Shown here piece after piece: positions 29,244-38,496 of a DNA stretch of 64,000 bases (position 1 is its first letter; the number at the start of each line of letters is the position of its first letter). The notes beneath the pieces are model-generated. The model searched no databases, had not been told where the DNA came from, and saw only the letters and a program-made list of their open reading frames with translations. Both the position numbers and the translations under genes were made by a program. Origin of the DNA: an uncultured Chloroflexia bacterium (lineage in GTDB: Bacteria > Chloroflexota > Limnocylindria > Limnocylindrales > CSP1-4); assembly GCA_963828165.1 (NCBI GenBank), contig CAWHDR010000001.1, positions 224,001 through 288,000 of the forward strand. Direction: 5' to 3'.

Positions 29244-30243
29244 GGCGGCGCCGGCGGAGACCGGGAGCACGACCGAGCTGACCTACCGCGAGGCGATCAA
29301 CGCCGCGCTCGACGATGCGATGGCGGCGGATGACGCGGTCCTGCTCATGGGCGAGGACGTGTCCGCCGATGGCGGCGTCTTCAAGACCAACATCGGGCTG
29401 TCCGAGAAGTACGGGCTCGAGCGTGTCCGGAACACGCCGATCTGCGAGAACGGGTTCCTCGGCGTTGCCCTTGGCATGAGCCTCGTCGGGATGCGACCCG
29501 TCGTGGAGATCATGTTCGCCGACTTCCTGCCGACGGCCGGGGACGCCATCGTCAACCAGCTCCCGAAGTACCGGTACATGTCCGGTGGCCAGACATCGGT
29601 GCCGGTGACGGTCCGATCCGTCAGCGGCGCAACCGGGCGCTTCGGCACCCAGCATTCGGCGACCGGCGAGAGCTGGTTCATGCACCTGCCAGGCCTCCGG
29701 GTCGTGACCGCCTCGTCGCCCGGGTCGGCCTACAGCCTGCTCCGGGCCGCCATCGACGATCCGAACCCGACGCTGTTCTACGAGCACAAGGGCCTGTACG
29801 CGCGCAAGGGGCCGGTGGTCCGCGGCGAGATCGCGGAGATCGGGAAGGCGCAGGTCGTCCGCCCGGGCAGCGACGTCACGATCGTGACGACGCTCCTGAT
29901 GGTCGAGCGCAGCCTGGCGGCGGCCGAGCAGCTGGCGGAGGATGGCATCGACGCCGAGGTCATCGACCTGCGCTGGCTCCGTCCGCTCGATCTCCCGGCG
30001 GTCCGAGCCTCGGTCGAGAAGACCGGTCGGATCGTCGTCGCCGAAGAGCAGGTCCATGCCGCCGGCTGGGGCGCGACGATCGTGAGCGAGCTGACCATCG
30101 GCGGGGTCGAATGGGCCAGCGCGCCTCGCCGCGTGAGCTTGCCCGACGACCTGCCGATCCCATACACCCCGCCACTCGAGGACGAGGTCCTGCCGTCGAC
30201 CGAATCGATCGCCGCGGCGGCCCGGGCCAGCGTCGGGCGTTGA
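29227..30243 (+). CDS. TPP-dependent dehydrogenase E1 beta subunit
   Basis: 'GEDV...GGVF', 'NTPICE', 'EIMFADF', 'QHS', 'EHKGLY', 'IDLRWLRPLD'. Confidence 0.95.
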   Translation: MSTLSEAAPAETGSTTELTYREAINAALDDAMAADDAVLLMGEDVSADGGVFKTNIGLSEKYGLERVRNTPICENGFLGVALGMSLVGMRPVVEIMFADFLPTAGDAIVNQLPKYRYMSGGQTSVPVTVRSVSGATGRFGTQHSATGESWFMHLPGLRVVTASSPGSAYSLLRAAIDDPNPTLFYEHKGLYARKGPVVRGEIAEIGKAQVVRPGSDVTIVTTLLMVERSLAAAEQLAEDGIDAEVIDLRWLRPLDLPAVRASVEKTGRIVVAEEQVHAAGWGATIVSELTIGGVEWASAPRRVSLPDDLPIPYTPPLEDEVLPSTESIAAAARASVGR

Positions 30244-31428
30244 GCGAAGCCCCGAGCGCATCGGTCGCGCCGCGGACGCTCGACCGGAACGCGCTCATCG
30301 TCGACCGGATCGAGACCGTCGCACTTCGTGCGCCGCTCGGTCGACGGTTCTCGGGCAGCGCCTACAGCATGGACAACCGGTGCACGATCGTGACTCGGCT
30401 GCACACCCACGACGGCCTGGTGTCGGAGGTGTACACCGGCGATACCGACGTCGAGCAATCCATCATCGTCGCGATCATCCATGACGAGCTGGCGCCCCGC
30501 TTGCTGGGACGAACGGCGACCGATCCCGAGGGCGCGTGGCGAGCCATGGAACCCGCCACCAACGACATCCTGCGCGATCGGGGCCTGGCGTTGCAGGCGA
30601 TCTCGTGTGTCGATGAAGCCATCTGGGACGTCTTCGGACGGGCCATCGGCCTGCCACTGCACCGCATCTGGGGGAGCACCGGCGACACCGTCCCGATCAG
30701 CATCATCGGCGGCTATTACCACCTGTCGATCGACGAGATGGCCGAGGTCATCCAGGGCTATGTCGAGGCCGGGTTCGCGGGCATGAAATTCAAGGTGGGT
30801 GGTCGCACTCCGGCGGAGGATGCCGCCCGCGTGCGTGCGGCTCGGGGGGCGGCGGGCCCGGACTTCGCGCTGATGGTCGACGCCAACCAGGGCTACGACC
30901 GTGCGCAGGCGGTGAAGTTCGCCCAGCTCGTGTGGGACCTCGACATCCGCTGGTTCGAGGAGCCATGCCGCTGGACGAACGACGCCCGCTGGATGCGCGA
31001 TGTCCGGTACCAGACGGCCATCCCGGTGTGCGCCGGACAGAGCGAGACGACCCTCGTCGGCATCCGCGACCTCATCGTCGGCGGCGCCATCGACGTCTCC
31101 AACTTCGATGCCTCCTGGGCAGGCGGCCCCACGATCTGGCGCAAGGCAGCCGGCCTCGCTGCCGCGTTCGGGGTCGAGCTCGGACACCACGAGGAACCGC
31201 AGATCGCGTCGCACCTGCTGGCCAGCGTGCCCGAACCACACGTTCGTCGAGTGCTTCGACGAGGAGCGCGACCCGTTCTTCTGGCGCCTCACGGACATGT
31301 CGACGCGGATCCGGGACGGGGGCTACACGCTGCCGGACCGCCCCGGGTTCGGCATCGAGCTCGATATGGATTACGTACGACGCCACACCGTCGCGACGCG
31401 GTCGACCGACCGCCACAGCCTCACGTAG
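30240..31428 (+). CDS. Enolase superfamily, mandelate racemase subgroup; apparent +1 frameshift at 31230-31232
   Basis: 'MKFKVG', 'VDANQ', 'FEEP', 'GQSE', 'GHHEE'. The C-terminus 'NHTFVECF...RDPFFW...PGFGIELD' lies in the next frame and aligns with paralog 39574-40713. Confidence 0.85.
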
Positions 31429-31439
31429 GAGGGACGCCG

Positions 31440-31895
31440 ATGGCGGCCGTCACCGGGTTCTTCCACGGCGGGATCACCGTCAGCGACATGGAGCGCGCCC
31501 TGGTCTTCTACCGCGATGGATTGGGCCTGGAACAGGAATTCGACCGGATCCTCGACGCGCCGTACCTGCCCGCGGTGCTGGGTCTCGAGTTCGACCACAT
31601 CCGGGCCGTCTACCTCCGGATCCCCGGCGGCGGCTTCGTGGAGCTGCTCGAGTACGTCGGCATCGAACGGATGTCCGCTGCGTCGCGACCATGCGATTAC
31701 GGGGCGGGCCACCTGTGTCTCTACGTGGACGACGTCGAGGCGATGCACGCGCGGCTGGTGAAGCTTGGGTTCGCGGCCCGCTCGGAACACGTCGTCGATA
31801 TCACGGCGGGTCCCAACCAGGGTGCGCGCAGCTGCTACATGGCCGATGCCGACGGGTATGCCGTCGAGCTGTTCCAGAAGCGCCCCGGAGGCTGA
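31440..31895 (+). CDS. VOC/glyoxalase-family metalloprotein
   Basis: H/E/H/E motifs 'HGGITVSD', 'VELLEY', 'GHLCLYVDD', 'VELFQ'. Has its own RBS AGGAGG. Confidence 0.88.
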   Translation: MAAVTGFFHGGITVSDMERALVFYRDGLGLEQEFDRILDAPYLPAVLGLEFDHIRAVYLRIPGGGFVELLEYVGIERMSAASRPCDYGAGHLCLYVDDVEAMHARLVKLGFAARSEHVVDITAGPNQGARSCYMADADGYAVELFQKRPGG

Positions 31896-31905
31896 GGAGG
31901 ACACC

Positions 31906-32793
31906 ATGCGGCGACCGATCGATACGCTCGCGAGCGGCCTCGGCCACCCGGAAGGCCCGGACATCCTGCCCGACGGACGGATCGTCATGGTCGAGACCTA
32001 CACCAGCAAGATCGTGGCGTGGTCCGAGGAGCGCGGGCTCCACGACTACGCCGACTGCGGCGGCGGGCCCAACGCCTGCATGCTCGGCAGCGACGGGGCG
32101 GTCTACATCACCCAGAACGGCGGGACCGTCGGCGCATGGCGGGCCGAGGTGATGGGTCGCCCCTCGATCCAGAAGGCCTGGCCGGACGGCCGGGTCGAGG
32201 AGGTCGTCGCCGAGATCGACGGCGTGCCGCTCACGGCGCCGAACGACCTGACCTTCGGACCGGACGGGCGTCTCTATTTCACGGACCCCGCGGACTATCT
32301 GCCCGACGACCGCAAGCCGGGCCGCATCTGGGCCCTGGAGCCGGACGGGACGGGCGAGCTCCTCGAGGAGATCCCGAGCGCCTACACGAACGGGATCGCG
32401 GCCGAGCCGGACGGGGCGCTCGTCTGGGTGGATTCATATGAGCGGGGGATCTATCGCAAGCGCCCGGGCCAGGCGTCCGAACAGATCGCCCGCCTGCCCG
32501 TGGGCCACGTGCCCGACGGCCTCAAGGTCGCGGCGAACGGCGACCTGTGGGTCACCGCGTTCATGGGCGGCGGGGTCGACATCCTCAAGCCCGACGGCAC
32601 GATCGTCGATTTCCTCGAGACGGGCGGCGTCCCATTGAACTGCGTCTTCCACGAGGGCTCGTTGATCATCACCGACTTCGGCGACATCACCGCCGTCACG
32701 GACCAGGCGCCGATGGACGGTCGGCTGTGGCGCGTCGACGTGGGTGTCGAGGGGATGCCGCTCTTCCGGGGGTCGATCGCCGCGCGATCGTGA
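31906..32793 (+). CDS. SMP-30/gluconolactonase-family lactonase
   Basis: 'PEGP', 'PND', 'LYFTD', 'NGI', 'PDG'. RBS GAGGAGG. Confidence 0.9.
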   Translation: MRRPIDTLASGLGHPEGPDILPDGRIVMVETYTSKIVAWSEERGLHDYADCGGGPNACMLGSDGAVYITQNGGTVGAWRAEVMGRPSIQKAWPDGRVEEVVAEIDGVPLTAPNDLTFGPDGRLYFTDPADYLPDDRKPGRIWALEPDGTGELLEEIPSAYTNGIAAEPDGALVWVDSYERGIYRKRPGQASEQIARLPVGHVPDGLKVAANGDLWVTAFMGGGVDILKPDGTIVDFLETGGVPLNCVFHEGSLIITDFGDITAVTDQAPMDGRLWRVDVGVEGMPLFRGSIAARS

Positions 32794-32844
32794 CGGGGGC
32801 TGGTGCCCGGCGAATGCCGGCGCGACGTGGCCGGACGGCGACCG

Positions 32845-33639
32845 TCAGGTCACCCCGCGACCGCCGTCATGTGGCGCGTTCTGCAGCCAATCAGGCCGAT
32901 CGTGCATGCCCAGGATCGACCACCCGCCGTCGACGACCAGCGTCTGGCCGGTGATGTAGGCCGCGTCCGATGACGCGAGGAACAGCACGGCCGCCGCGAT
33001 GTCCGCCGTCGTCGCGAGCCGACCCATCGGGATCTCCGGGAGCATCGCATCCAGCCGGATCGAGCCGTTCGCGATGCCCTCTTCCACGATGGCGGTGCGG
33101 GCCATCCCAGGCGCGACGGCGTTGACGCGGATCCCGAGATCCGCCACCTCGACCGCCATGACTCGCGACAGGCTCATCATCGCCGCCTTCGCGGCCGAAT
33201 ACGGCCCGCGACCGGGAAGCGCGATGAGCCCCGCCACGGACGCGACCTGGACGATCGCCCCGCCGCCGTGCTCGCGCATGGATCGGATCGCCATGGCGCT
33301 GCAGTGGAAGGTTCCCATCAGGTGGGTCTGGACGATCAGCTCCCAGGTCGCCGGGTCGAACGTCTCGGTCAGCCCGACTCGCTGGATCCCTGCGTTGTTG
33401 ACGAGGATGTCGACGCTTCCCTCGGTCGCCTCGATGTCTGCGAATGCCGTCTCCACTGCCGTCCGGTCGGTCACGTCCACCGTGAGGTAGCGGACGCCGG
33501 GCAACGGTCGCGCCGGTGCGTCCAGGTCGGTCACGACCCCGCGAGCACCTTCCGCGACGGCGCGCGCCACGATCTCCGCGCCGATCCCGCGCGCGCCGCC
33601 TGTCACGACGATCACCTGGCCATCGAAGCGTCCGACCAT
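32845..33639 (-). CDS. SDR-family oxidoreductase
   Basis: TGGARGIG, NNAG, YSAAK, 'ITGQTLVVDGG'. Confidence 0.93.
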   Translation of the reverse strand: MVGRFDGQVIVVTGGARGIGAEIVARAVAEGARGVVTDLDAPARPLPGVRYLTVDVTDRTAVETAFADIEATEGSVDILVNNAGIQRVGLTETFDPATWELIVQTHLMGTFHCSAMAIRSMREHGGGAIVQVASVAGLIALPGRGPYSAAKAAMMSLSRVMAVEVADLGIRVNAVAPGMARTAIVEEGIANGSIRLDAMLPEIPMGRLATTADIAAAVLFLASSDAAYITGQTLVVDGGWSILGMHDRPDWLQNAPHDGGRGVT

Positions 33640-33682
33640 CGTGGCCCTCCGGTCGCGCTGCAAAGACTCGGTCCCGTATCAT

Positions 33683-33696
33683 CGGAACCGTTTCCG
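33683..33696. promoter_or_regulatory. LacI-type operator candidate (CGGAACCGTTTCCG)
   Basis: Near-perfect palindrome between two divergent SDR genes. Confidence 0.6.
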
Positions 33697-33753
33697 GTGA
33701 GGATACCGAGCCGGCGTGCGGCGTGGAAGCCGGGTCCACGAGGGAGGTCCGAG

Positions 33754-34497
33754 ATGGGCGCAACGGGCAAGTCAGCCGTCGTCACCGGGGCGGCCAGCGG
33801 CATCGGCCAAGCGGTGGCCCGGCGTCTGCTGCGCGAAGGGGCCGCGGTCATCGCGGTCGATCGGGATGCGGCCGGTCTCGAGGCGGTGGTCGCGGACGGG
33901 GCGACCTCGTTCGTGGCAGACCTGACGGACCCGGCGGACCGCGATCGCCTCGTCGCAGCGGGCGACGGGGCGACCTACCTGGTCAATGCGGCGGGCATCA
34001 TCCTGCTGAAGCCCATCCTCGAGTTCACCGTCGATGACATCCGACGGATCTACGCCATCAACGTCGAGGCGACGTGGGACCTCGTGTCGCGGATCGGTCG
34101 CACGATGCCGGGCGGGGGGGCGATCGTGAATCTTTCGTCGTCGTCGGCCAAGCTCGCGACGACCACGGAGGCGGCCGTGTACGCCTCGTCGAAGGCCGCC
34201 GTGTTGTCGATCACGCGCTCCTTCGCGTACGCCTTCGCGCCGAACGGCGTCCGGGTCAATGCCATCTGCCCGGGCATCATCGACACGCCGATGCAGGAGC
34301 GCGTGCTTGCCGACGTCGCGGCCAAGCGCGGGATCACCGCCGAGGAGCTCTCGACGGCGCGGAACAAGACGGTGCCGCTTGGCCGGGCGGCCTCCGCGGA
34401 CGAGTGCGCCGGGGCCATCTGGTTCCTCCTCAGCGATGAGGCTGGGTACATGACGGGCCAGGCCATCAACTACACCGGCGGCCTGGTCATGTGGTGA
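33754..34497 (+). CDS. SDR-family oxidoreductase
   Basis: TGAASGIG, NAAG, YASSK, 'VNAICPG'. Confidence 0.93.
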   Translation: MGATGKSAVVTGAASGIGQAVARRLLREGAAVIAVDRDAAGLEAVVADGATSFVADLTDPADRDRLVAAGDGATYLVNAAGIILLKPILEFTVDDIRRIYAINVEATWDLVSRIGRTMPGGGAIVNLSSSSAKLATTTEAAVYASSKAAVLSITRSFAYAFAPNGVRVNAICPGIIDTPMQERVLADVAAKRGITAEELSTARNKTVPLGRAASADECAGAIWFLLSDEAGYMTGQAINYTGGLVMW

Positions 34498-34531
34498 GCG
34501 CTTGCCGCGCAACCGCACCCGGGGCTAGCGA

Positions 34532-34579
34532 CAATCCTTTCCAGAAACGTTGACATGGCTCGGGACTGGAAACGATACT
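34532..34579 (+). promoter_or_regulatory. Sigma70-like promoter overlapped by LacI-type operator candidates
   Basis: TTGACA at 34550-34555 and GATACT at 34574-34579. Unit TGGAAACGATAC at 34567-34578, and a minus-strand tandem TGTCAACGTTTC-TGGAAAGGATTG at 34532-34555. Confidence 0.6.
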
Positions 34580-34641
34580 GACGTCGACCCTGGGAGGGAA
34601 CGGGCGTGCCATCCGACCGCCCGAACGAGGAGGAGATTCGC

Positions 34642-35793
34642 ATGCTGATCCGATCACGACGGGCGTTTGCGGTGCTGACCGCGGCGTCCCTGCTCGTCGC
34701 GGCCTGTAGTACCGGAGCGCCCTCTGCCTCGGCTCCTGCAGCGACCGCGGCCCCGCCCGCGTCGAATGCCGCGTCGGTGGCACCGTCTGCCGCGGCCGGC
34801 CTGCCGTTCCAGGGCACCCTGAAGGACGGGTCGACCTTCACGCTCAACCCGCGAGTCGCGGACAAGCTGAAGAACGGCGAGCCGATCAACTACGTGTTCT
34901 CGTACGGATCCACCGCGATCCCGTTGTTCTCGCCGCAGTACAAGGCCGGCTACGAGCGGACCCTGCCCGAGGCGCAGAAGATCCTGCCGATGAACGGCCA
35001 GGCCATCGCCCCGTCTTCGGCCGTCCAGGACCCCAATGAGCAGATCGCCCAGTTCGATGCGCTGTTCAAGGCGGACCAGATCGACTGCCTGTCCATCCAG
35101 TCGACCGGCACGGATGCGTTCACGAAGATCGTGAACGACTACATGGCTGCGGGGATCCCCGTCTTCACCGTCGGCGTCGAGTCGAACGGCAACGAGTTCT
35201 CGAACTTCACCCAGATCTCCGACAAGGAAGGGCGCCAGGCTGCCGGGATCGTCGTCGACTACATGAAGGCCAAGGGCCTCGACTTCAAGAGCTTCGCGGT
35301 ATCCGGCGGCGATCCGACCCAGAACTGGGCCCAGGGCCGCATGCAGGGCTTCATCGACGGGATCACCGAAGCCATCCCGGACGCCAAGTTCATCAACACC
35401 GCCGCGACGGCGCTGGTGACGACGTACGACCCGGCCGGCACCTATGACGCCTACAAGGCGTTCATCCAGGGCAACCCCGAGGTCCAGGTCATCGAGAACG
35501 TGGACATCGGCGGCGAGCACGCAGCTCGGGCCATCGCCGACTCCGGGAACACCGGCAAGATCTTCTCCCTCGGCTGGAACGTGAGCATCGGCCAGCTGGA
35601 TGCCATCGAAGCCGGCACGCAGATCGTCGCGCTCGACCAGCAGTGGGGCGATCAGGCCGGATTCGGAGCGCTCGCCTGCGCCGAGCTCCTCAAGAACGGC
35701 AAGGTGCTGCCGAACACGAACACCCTGAAGCCGATCACGACGGAGAACGTCGAGCAGGCTCGCAAGGACTTCATGGCCATCGCCGGCGGTTGA
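34642..35793 (+). CDS. Sugar ABC substrate-binding lipoprotein
   Basis: RBS GAGGAGGAG, lipobox VAAC, Ala/Pro/Ser linker, 'WAQGRMQGF', 'GWN', 'DQQWGDQA'. Confidence 0.88.
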   Translation: MLIRSRRAFAVLTAASLLVAACSTGAPSASAPAATAAPPASNAASVAPSAAAGLPFQGTLKDGSTFTLNPRVADKLKNGEPINYVFSYGSTAIPLFSPQYKAGYERTLPEAQKILPMNGQAIAPSSAVQDPNEQIAQFDALFKADQIDCLSIQSTGTDAFTKIVNDYMAAGIPVFTVGVESNGNEFSNFTQISDKEGRQAAGIVVDYMKAKGLDFKSFAVSGGDPTQNWAQGRMQGFIDGITEAIPDAKFINTAATALVTTYDPAGTYDAYKAFIQGNPEVQVIENVDIGGEHAARAIADSGNTGKIFSLGWNVSIGQLDAIEAGTQIVALDQQWGDQAGFGALACAELLKNGKVLPNTNTLKPITTENVEQARKDFMAIAGG

Positions 35794-35812
35794 TCCCGAC
35801 GACGTTGACTCT

Positions 35813-35844
35813 CCGGACCGGTCGGCATTCGTCGACCGGTCCGG
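35813..35844. terminator. Intercistronic stem-loop after substrate-binding protein gene
   Basis: CCGGACCGGTCG-N8-CGACCGGTCCGG: perfect 12-bp stem with no U-tract, so more likely an mRNA-stabilising or attenuating hairpin. Confidence 0.55.
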
Positions 35845-35881
35845 CTGTATCCGAGGCTGACCAGCGAGGAGCGGTCCACGG

Positions 35882-36940
35882 ATGACCCAGAACAGTGCGC
35901 CCATGCAACCGGTGAAACCGCCCGGCGCGGTGTCGGCCGGCGATCGCTGGTCGGGACGGGCCCTGGCGGCCGGGATCCGCATCGGCGGGCTGGTCATCGC
36001 GATCTTGATCGTGATCGTCGTCTTCACCGCGCTCAGCAAGCCGAACACGTTCCTGACCGTCACGAACGCGGTCGGCATCCTGCGGTCGATGAGCACCATC
36101 GCCATGGTGGCGCTCGGGCTCACGCTCGTGATCGTCGTGGGCGAGATCGACCTGTCGTTCGGCTACGTGTACGGGCTGGCGTCGATCCTCATCGGCGTGG
36201 CCTGGATCATCTGGGGCTGGCCCATCTACGCTGCGATCCTGCTGGCCTTCGGGGCGGCCGTCGTCGTTGGCTCGGTCAACGCGTTCCTGGTGACGGTGCT
36301 CAAGATCCCCTCCTTCATCGTCACGCTCGGCACGGGGCAACTCGTGTTCGGCACCACCCTGCTCGTCTCCAACACGGCGACCCTCAACCCCGCGTATCCG
36401 CCGCCCGGCAAGGTCGTGCCCACGGAGCAGGTCGACTGGTTCTTCGGCCTGTCGAACCAGGACCTGCCGTTCGACATCCCGATGCAGGCGATCTGGATGA
36501 CCGGCGTCGCGATCATCATCGGCTTCATCCTCAGCCGCTCGCTGTTCGGTTTCCGGCTCAAGGCCATCGGCGGCAACCCCGCCGCCGCCGAGCTCGCGCG
36601 GCTACCGATCGTCAAGTACAAGTTCGCGGCGTTCATCATCTGCTCGCTCCTCGCGACGCTTGCGGCGATGCTCGACTTCGCGTTCATCGGCTCCGTCCAG
36701 CCGAACGCCGGGGTCGGGCTGACGTTCCCGATCTTCGCGGCCGTCATCATCGGCGGGGCGAGCCTGGCGGGCGGTCGCGGGACGGCCATCGGCACGCTGA
36801 GCGGCGCGCTCCTCCTCGCCATCATCGCCAACGGCCTGGCCCTGCTCTCGGCGGGCGCGTACCTGAGCAACTTCGTCTCTGGCGCCGTGACGATCGCCGC
36901 CGTCGTGCTGGACCGCTTCACGCAGAGCCTCCGCAAATGA
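35882..36940 (+). CDS. Sugar ABC permease
   Basis: 'GEIDLSFG', 'AIGGNPAAAELA', 'AAVIIGGASLAGG'. Confidence 0.92.
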   Translation: MTQNSAPMQPVKPPGAVSAGDRWSGRALAAGIRIGGLVIAILIVIVVFTALSKPNTFLTVTNAVGILRSMSTIAMVALGLTLVIVVGEIDLSFGYVYGLASILIGVAWIIWGWPIYAAILLAFGAAVVVGSVNAFLVTVLKIPSFIVTLGTGQLVFGTTLLVSNTATLNPAYPPPGKVVPTEQVDWFFGLSNQDLPFDIPMQAIWMTGVAIIIGFILSRSLFGFRLKAIGGNPAAAELARLPIVKYKFAAFIICSLLATLAAMLDFAFIGSVQPNAGVGLTFPIFAAVIIGGASLAGGRGTAIGTLSGALLLAIIANGLALLSAGAYLSNFVSGAVTIAAVVLDRFTQSLRK

Positions 36941-38496
36941 GCGAGGAGGCGGCGGCCGTGGGCGATGCGGCGACCGATGCGACGACCGATCAGGCGGCCG
37001 CCTCCGGCGTGCGCGGCCTCCGGATCCACGGGCTGGTCAAGTGGTACGGCGACACCCACGCCATCGATGGACTCGACCTCGATGCGAGGGCCGGCGAGAT
37101 CCTCGGCGTGGCCGGGCCGAATGGCGCCGGCAAGAGCACGCTCATCAAGGTCCTCGCCGGTGAGACGCTGGCGGATTCCGGCGACATCGAGCTCGACGGC
37201 CGTCCCTGGGATACGGCCTCGGATCGCGATCGGGTCGCCGTCGTCCACCAGGAGCCACAGCTCTTCCCGAACCTCACCGTCGCGGAGAACCTCATGGTGG
37301 GTCGCGAGGGGACCCGGGCGACCGTCCGGCGCCTGACCGCGCCGGAGCGCTCGCTGATGCGGGACCTCGCGATCCTGGAGGTCGCCGACCGCAAGCTCGC
37401 CGATGTCCCGCTGGCGATCCATCAGCGGGTCGAGATCGGTCGGGCGCTGGCGCGTGATGCGCGGGTGTTCCTCTTCGATGAGCCGAACTCCGCGCTGACC
37501 CAGGAGGAGTCCAAGGACCTGTTCCGCCGGATGCACCTGCTCGCCGATGCGGGCAACGTCGTGCTGCTGGTCTCGCACCGGATCGCCGAGCTGGCCGAGC
37601 ACACCGACCGCGTCGCCCTGATCCTCGACGGCGTCTGTACGGACCTGCTCGAGGGCGAGGCGCTGACCCCGGACGGCATCGCGGCCGGGCTCGTGAGCGG
37701 ACAGGCCGCGCGCGATACCAGTGAGCCGGTGGTCGCGCGCTCCGAGAGCGAGGTCACCGGTCTGCGGCTGACCGGGTGGACCCACGCTGGAGGCGAGTTC
37801 GAGGGGATCGATCTGCATGTGAAGGTCGGCCAGATCGTGTCGATCGTGGGGGTCGAGGGGTCGGGCGCGCGCGAGCTCGTGCGCTCGATCGCGGGGTTCG
37901 AGCGCACGACGGGCGAGATCGAGGTCGGTTCGCGCTCCGGGGCGTCCGCCGTGACGAAGGGCACGAGCCTCGTTTCGGCGGACCGCCACACGAGCCTCTT
38001 CGCCAACCTGACGATCGGTGACAACATGGTGTCCCGACTCGGCCGGGAGATCGCCCCTGGCGGCATCGCGCTGCGCCCGCGCCGGATGCACCGGATCGCG
38101 AACGAGCTACGTGACCAGTTCCAGGTGAAGGCCGCCTCGGTCCGGCTGCCGATCGGGTCGCTATCGGGCGGCAACCAGCAGAAGGTCGCCATCGCGGCGG
38201 CCATCGTGAAGCGCCCGAGCGTCCTCGTGCTCGAGGAACCAACCCGTGGTGTCGACGTCGGTTCGAAACGCGAGATCTACCGGCTCATGCGCGAGTACGC
38301 CGGGCGCGGCCACGCGGTGATCATCTACTGCACCGAGATCCCCGAGGTCTTCGAGACGGCAGACCTCGTCTACGTCGTGTCCGATGGGCGCCTGTCGGAT
38401 CCCCTTATGGTGACGACCTTCCCGGATGTCGAGGCGCTGGCGCGCGCGGTCACCCGCCTGGAACGGCATGGCGCGGTGCCAGCCCTGGCCTCGTGA
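36937..38496 (+). CDS. Monosaccharide ABC transporter ATP-binding protein
   Basis: [29 protein letters not shown]. Confidence 0.93.
   Translation: MSEEAAAVGDAATDATTDQAAASGVRGLRIHGLVKWYGDTHAIDGLDLDARAGEILGVAGPNGAGKSTLIKVLAGETLADSGDIELDGRPWDTASDRDRVAVVHQEPQLFPNLTVAENLMVGREGTRATVRRLTAPERSLMRDLAILEVADRKLADVPLAIHQRVEIGRALARDARVFLFDEPNSALTQEESKDLFRRMHLLADAGNVVLLVSHRIAELAEHTDRVALILDGVCTDLLEGEALTPDGIAAGLVSGQAARDTSEPVVARSESEVTGLRLTGWTHAGGEFEGIDLHVKVGQIVSIVGVEGSGARELVRSIAGFERTTGEIEVGSRSGASAVTKGTSLVSADRHTSLFANLTIGDNMVSRLGREIAPGGIALRPRRMHRIANELRDQFQVKAASVRLPIGSLSGGNQQKVAIAAAIVKRPSVLVLEEPTRGVDVGSKREIYRLMREYAGRGHAVIIYCTEIPEVFETADLVYVVSDGRLSDPLMVTTFPDVEALARAVTRLERHGAVPALAS

Noticed and set aside
30111-31895. 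594-aa ORF that looks like an enolase-VOC fusion
   Set aside because: It arises from the +1 frameshift at about 31231. The true enolase C-terminus is in another frame (stop 31428) and the VOC gene has its own RBS and ATG at 31440.
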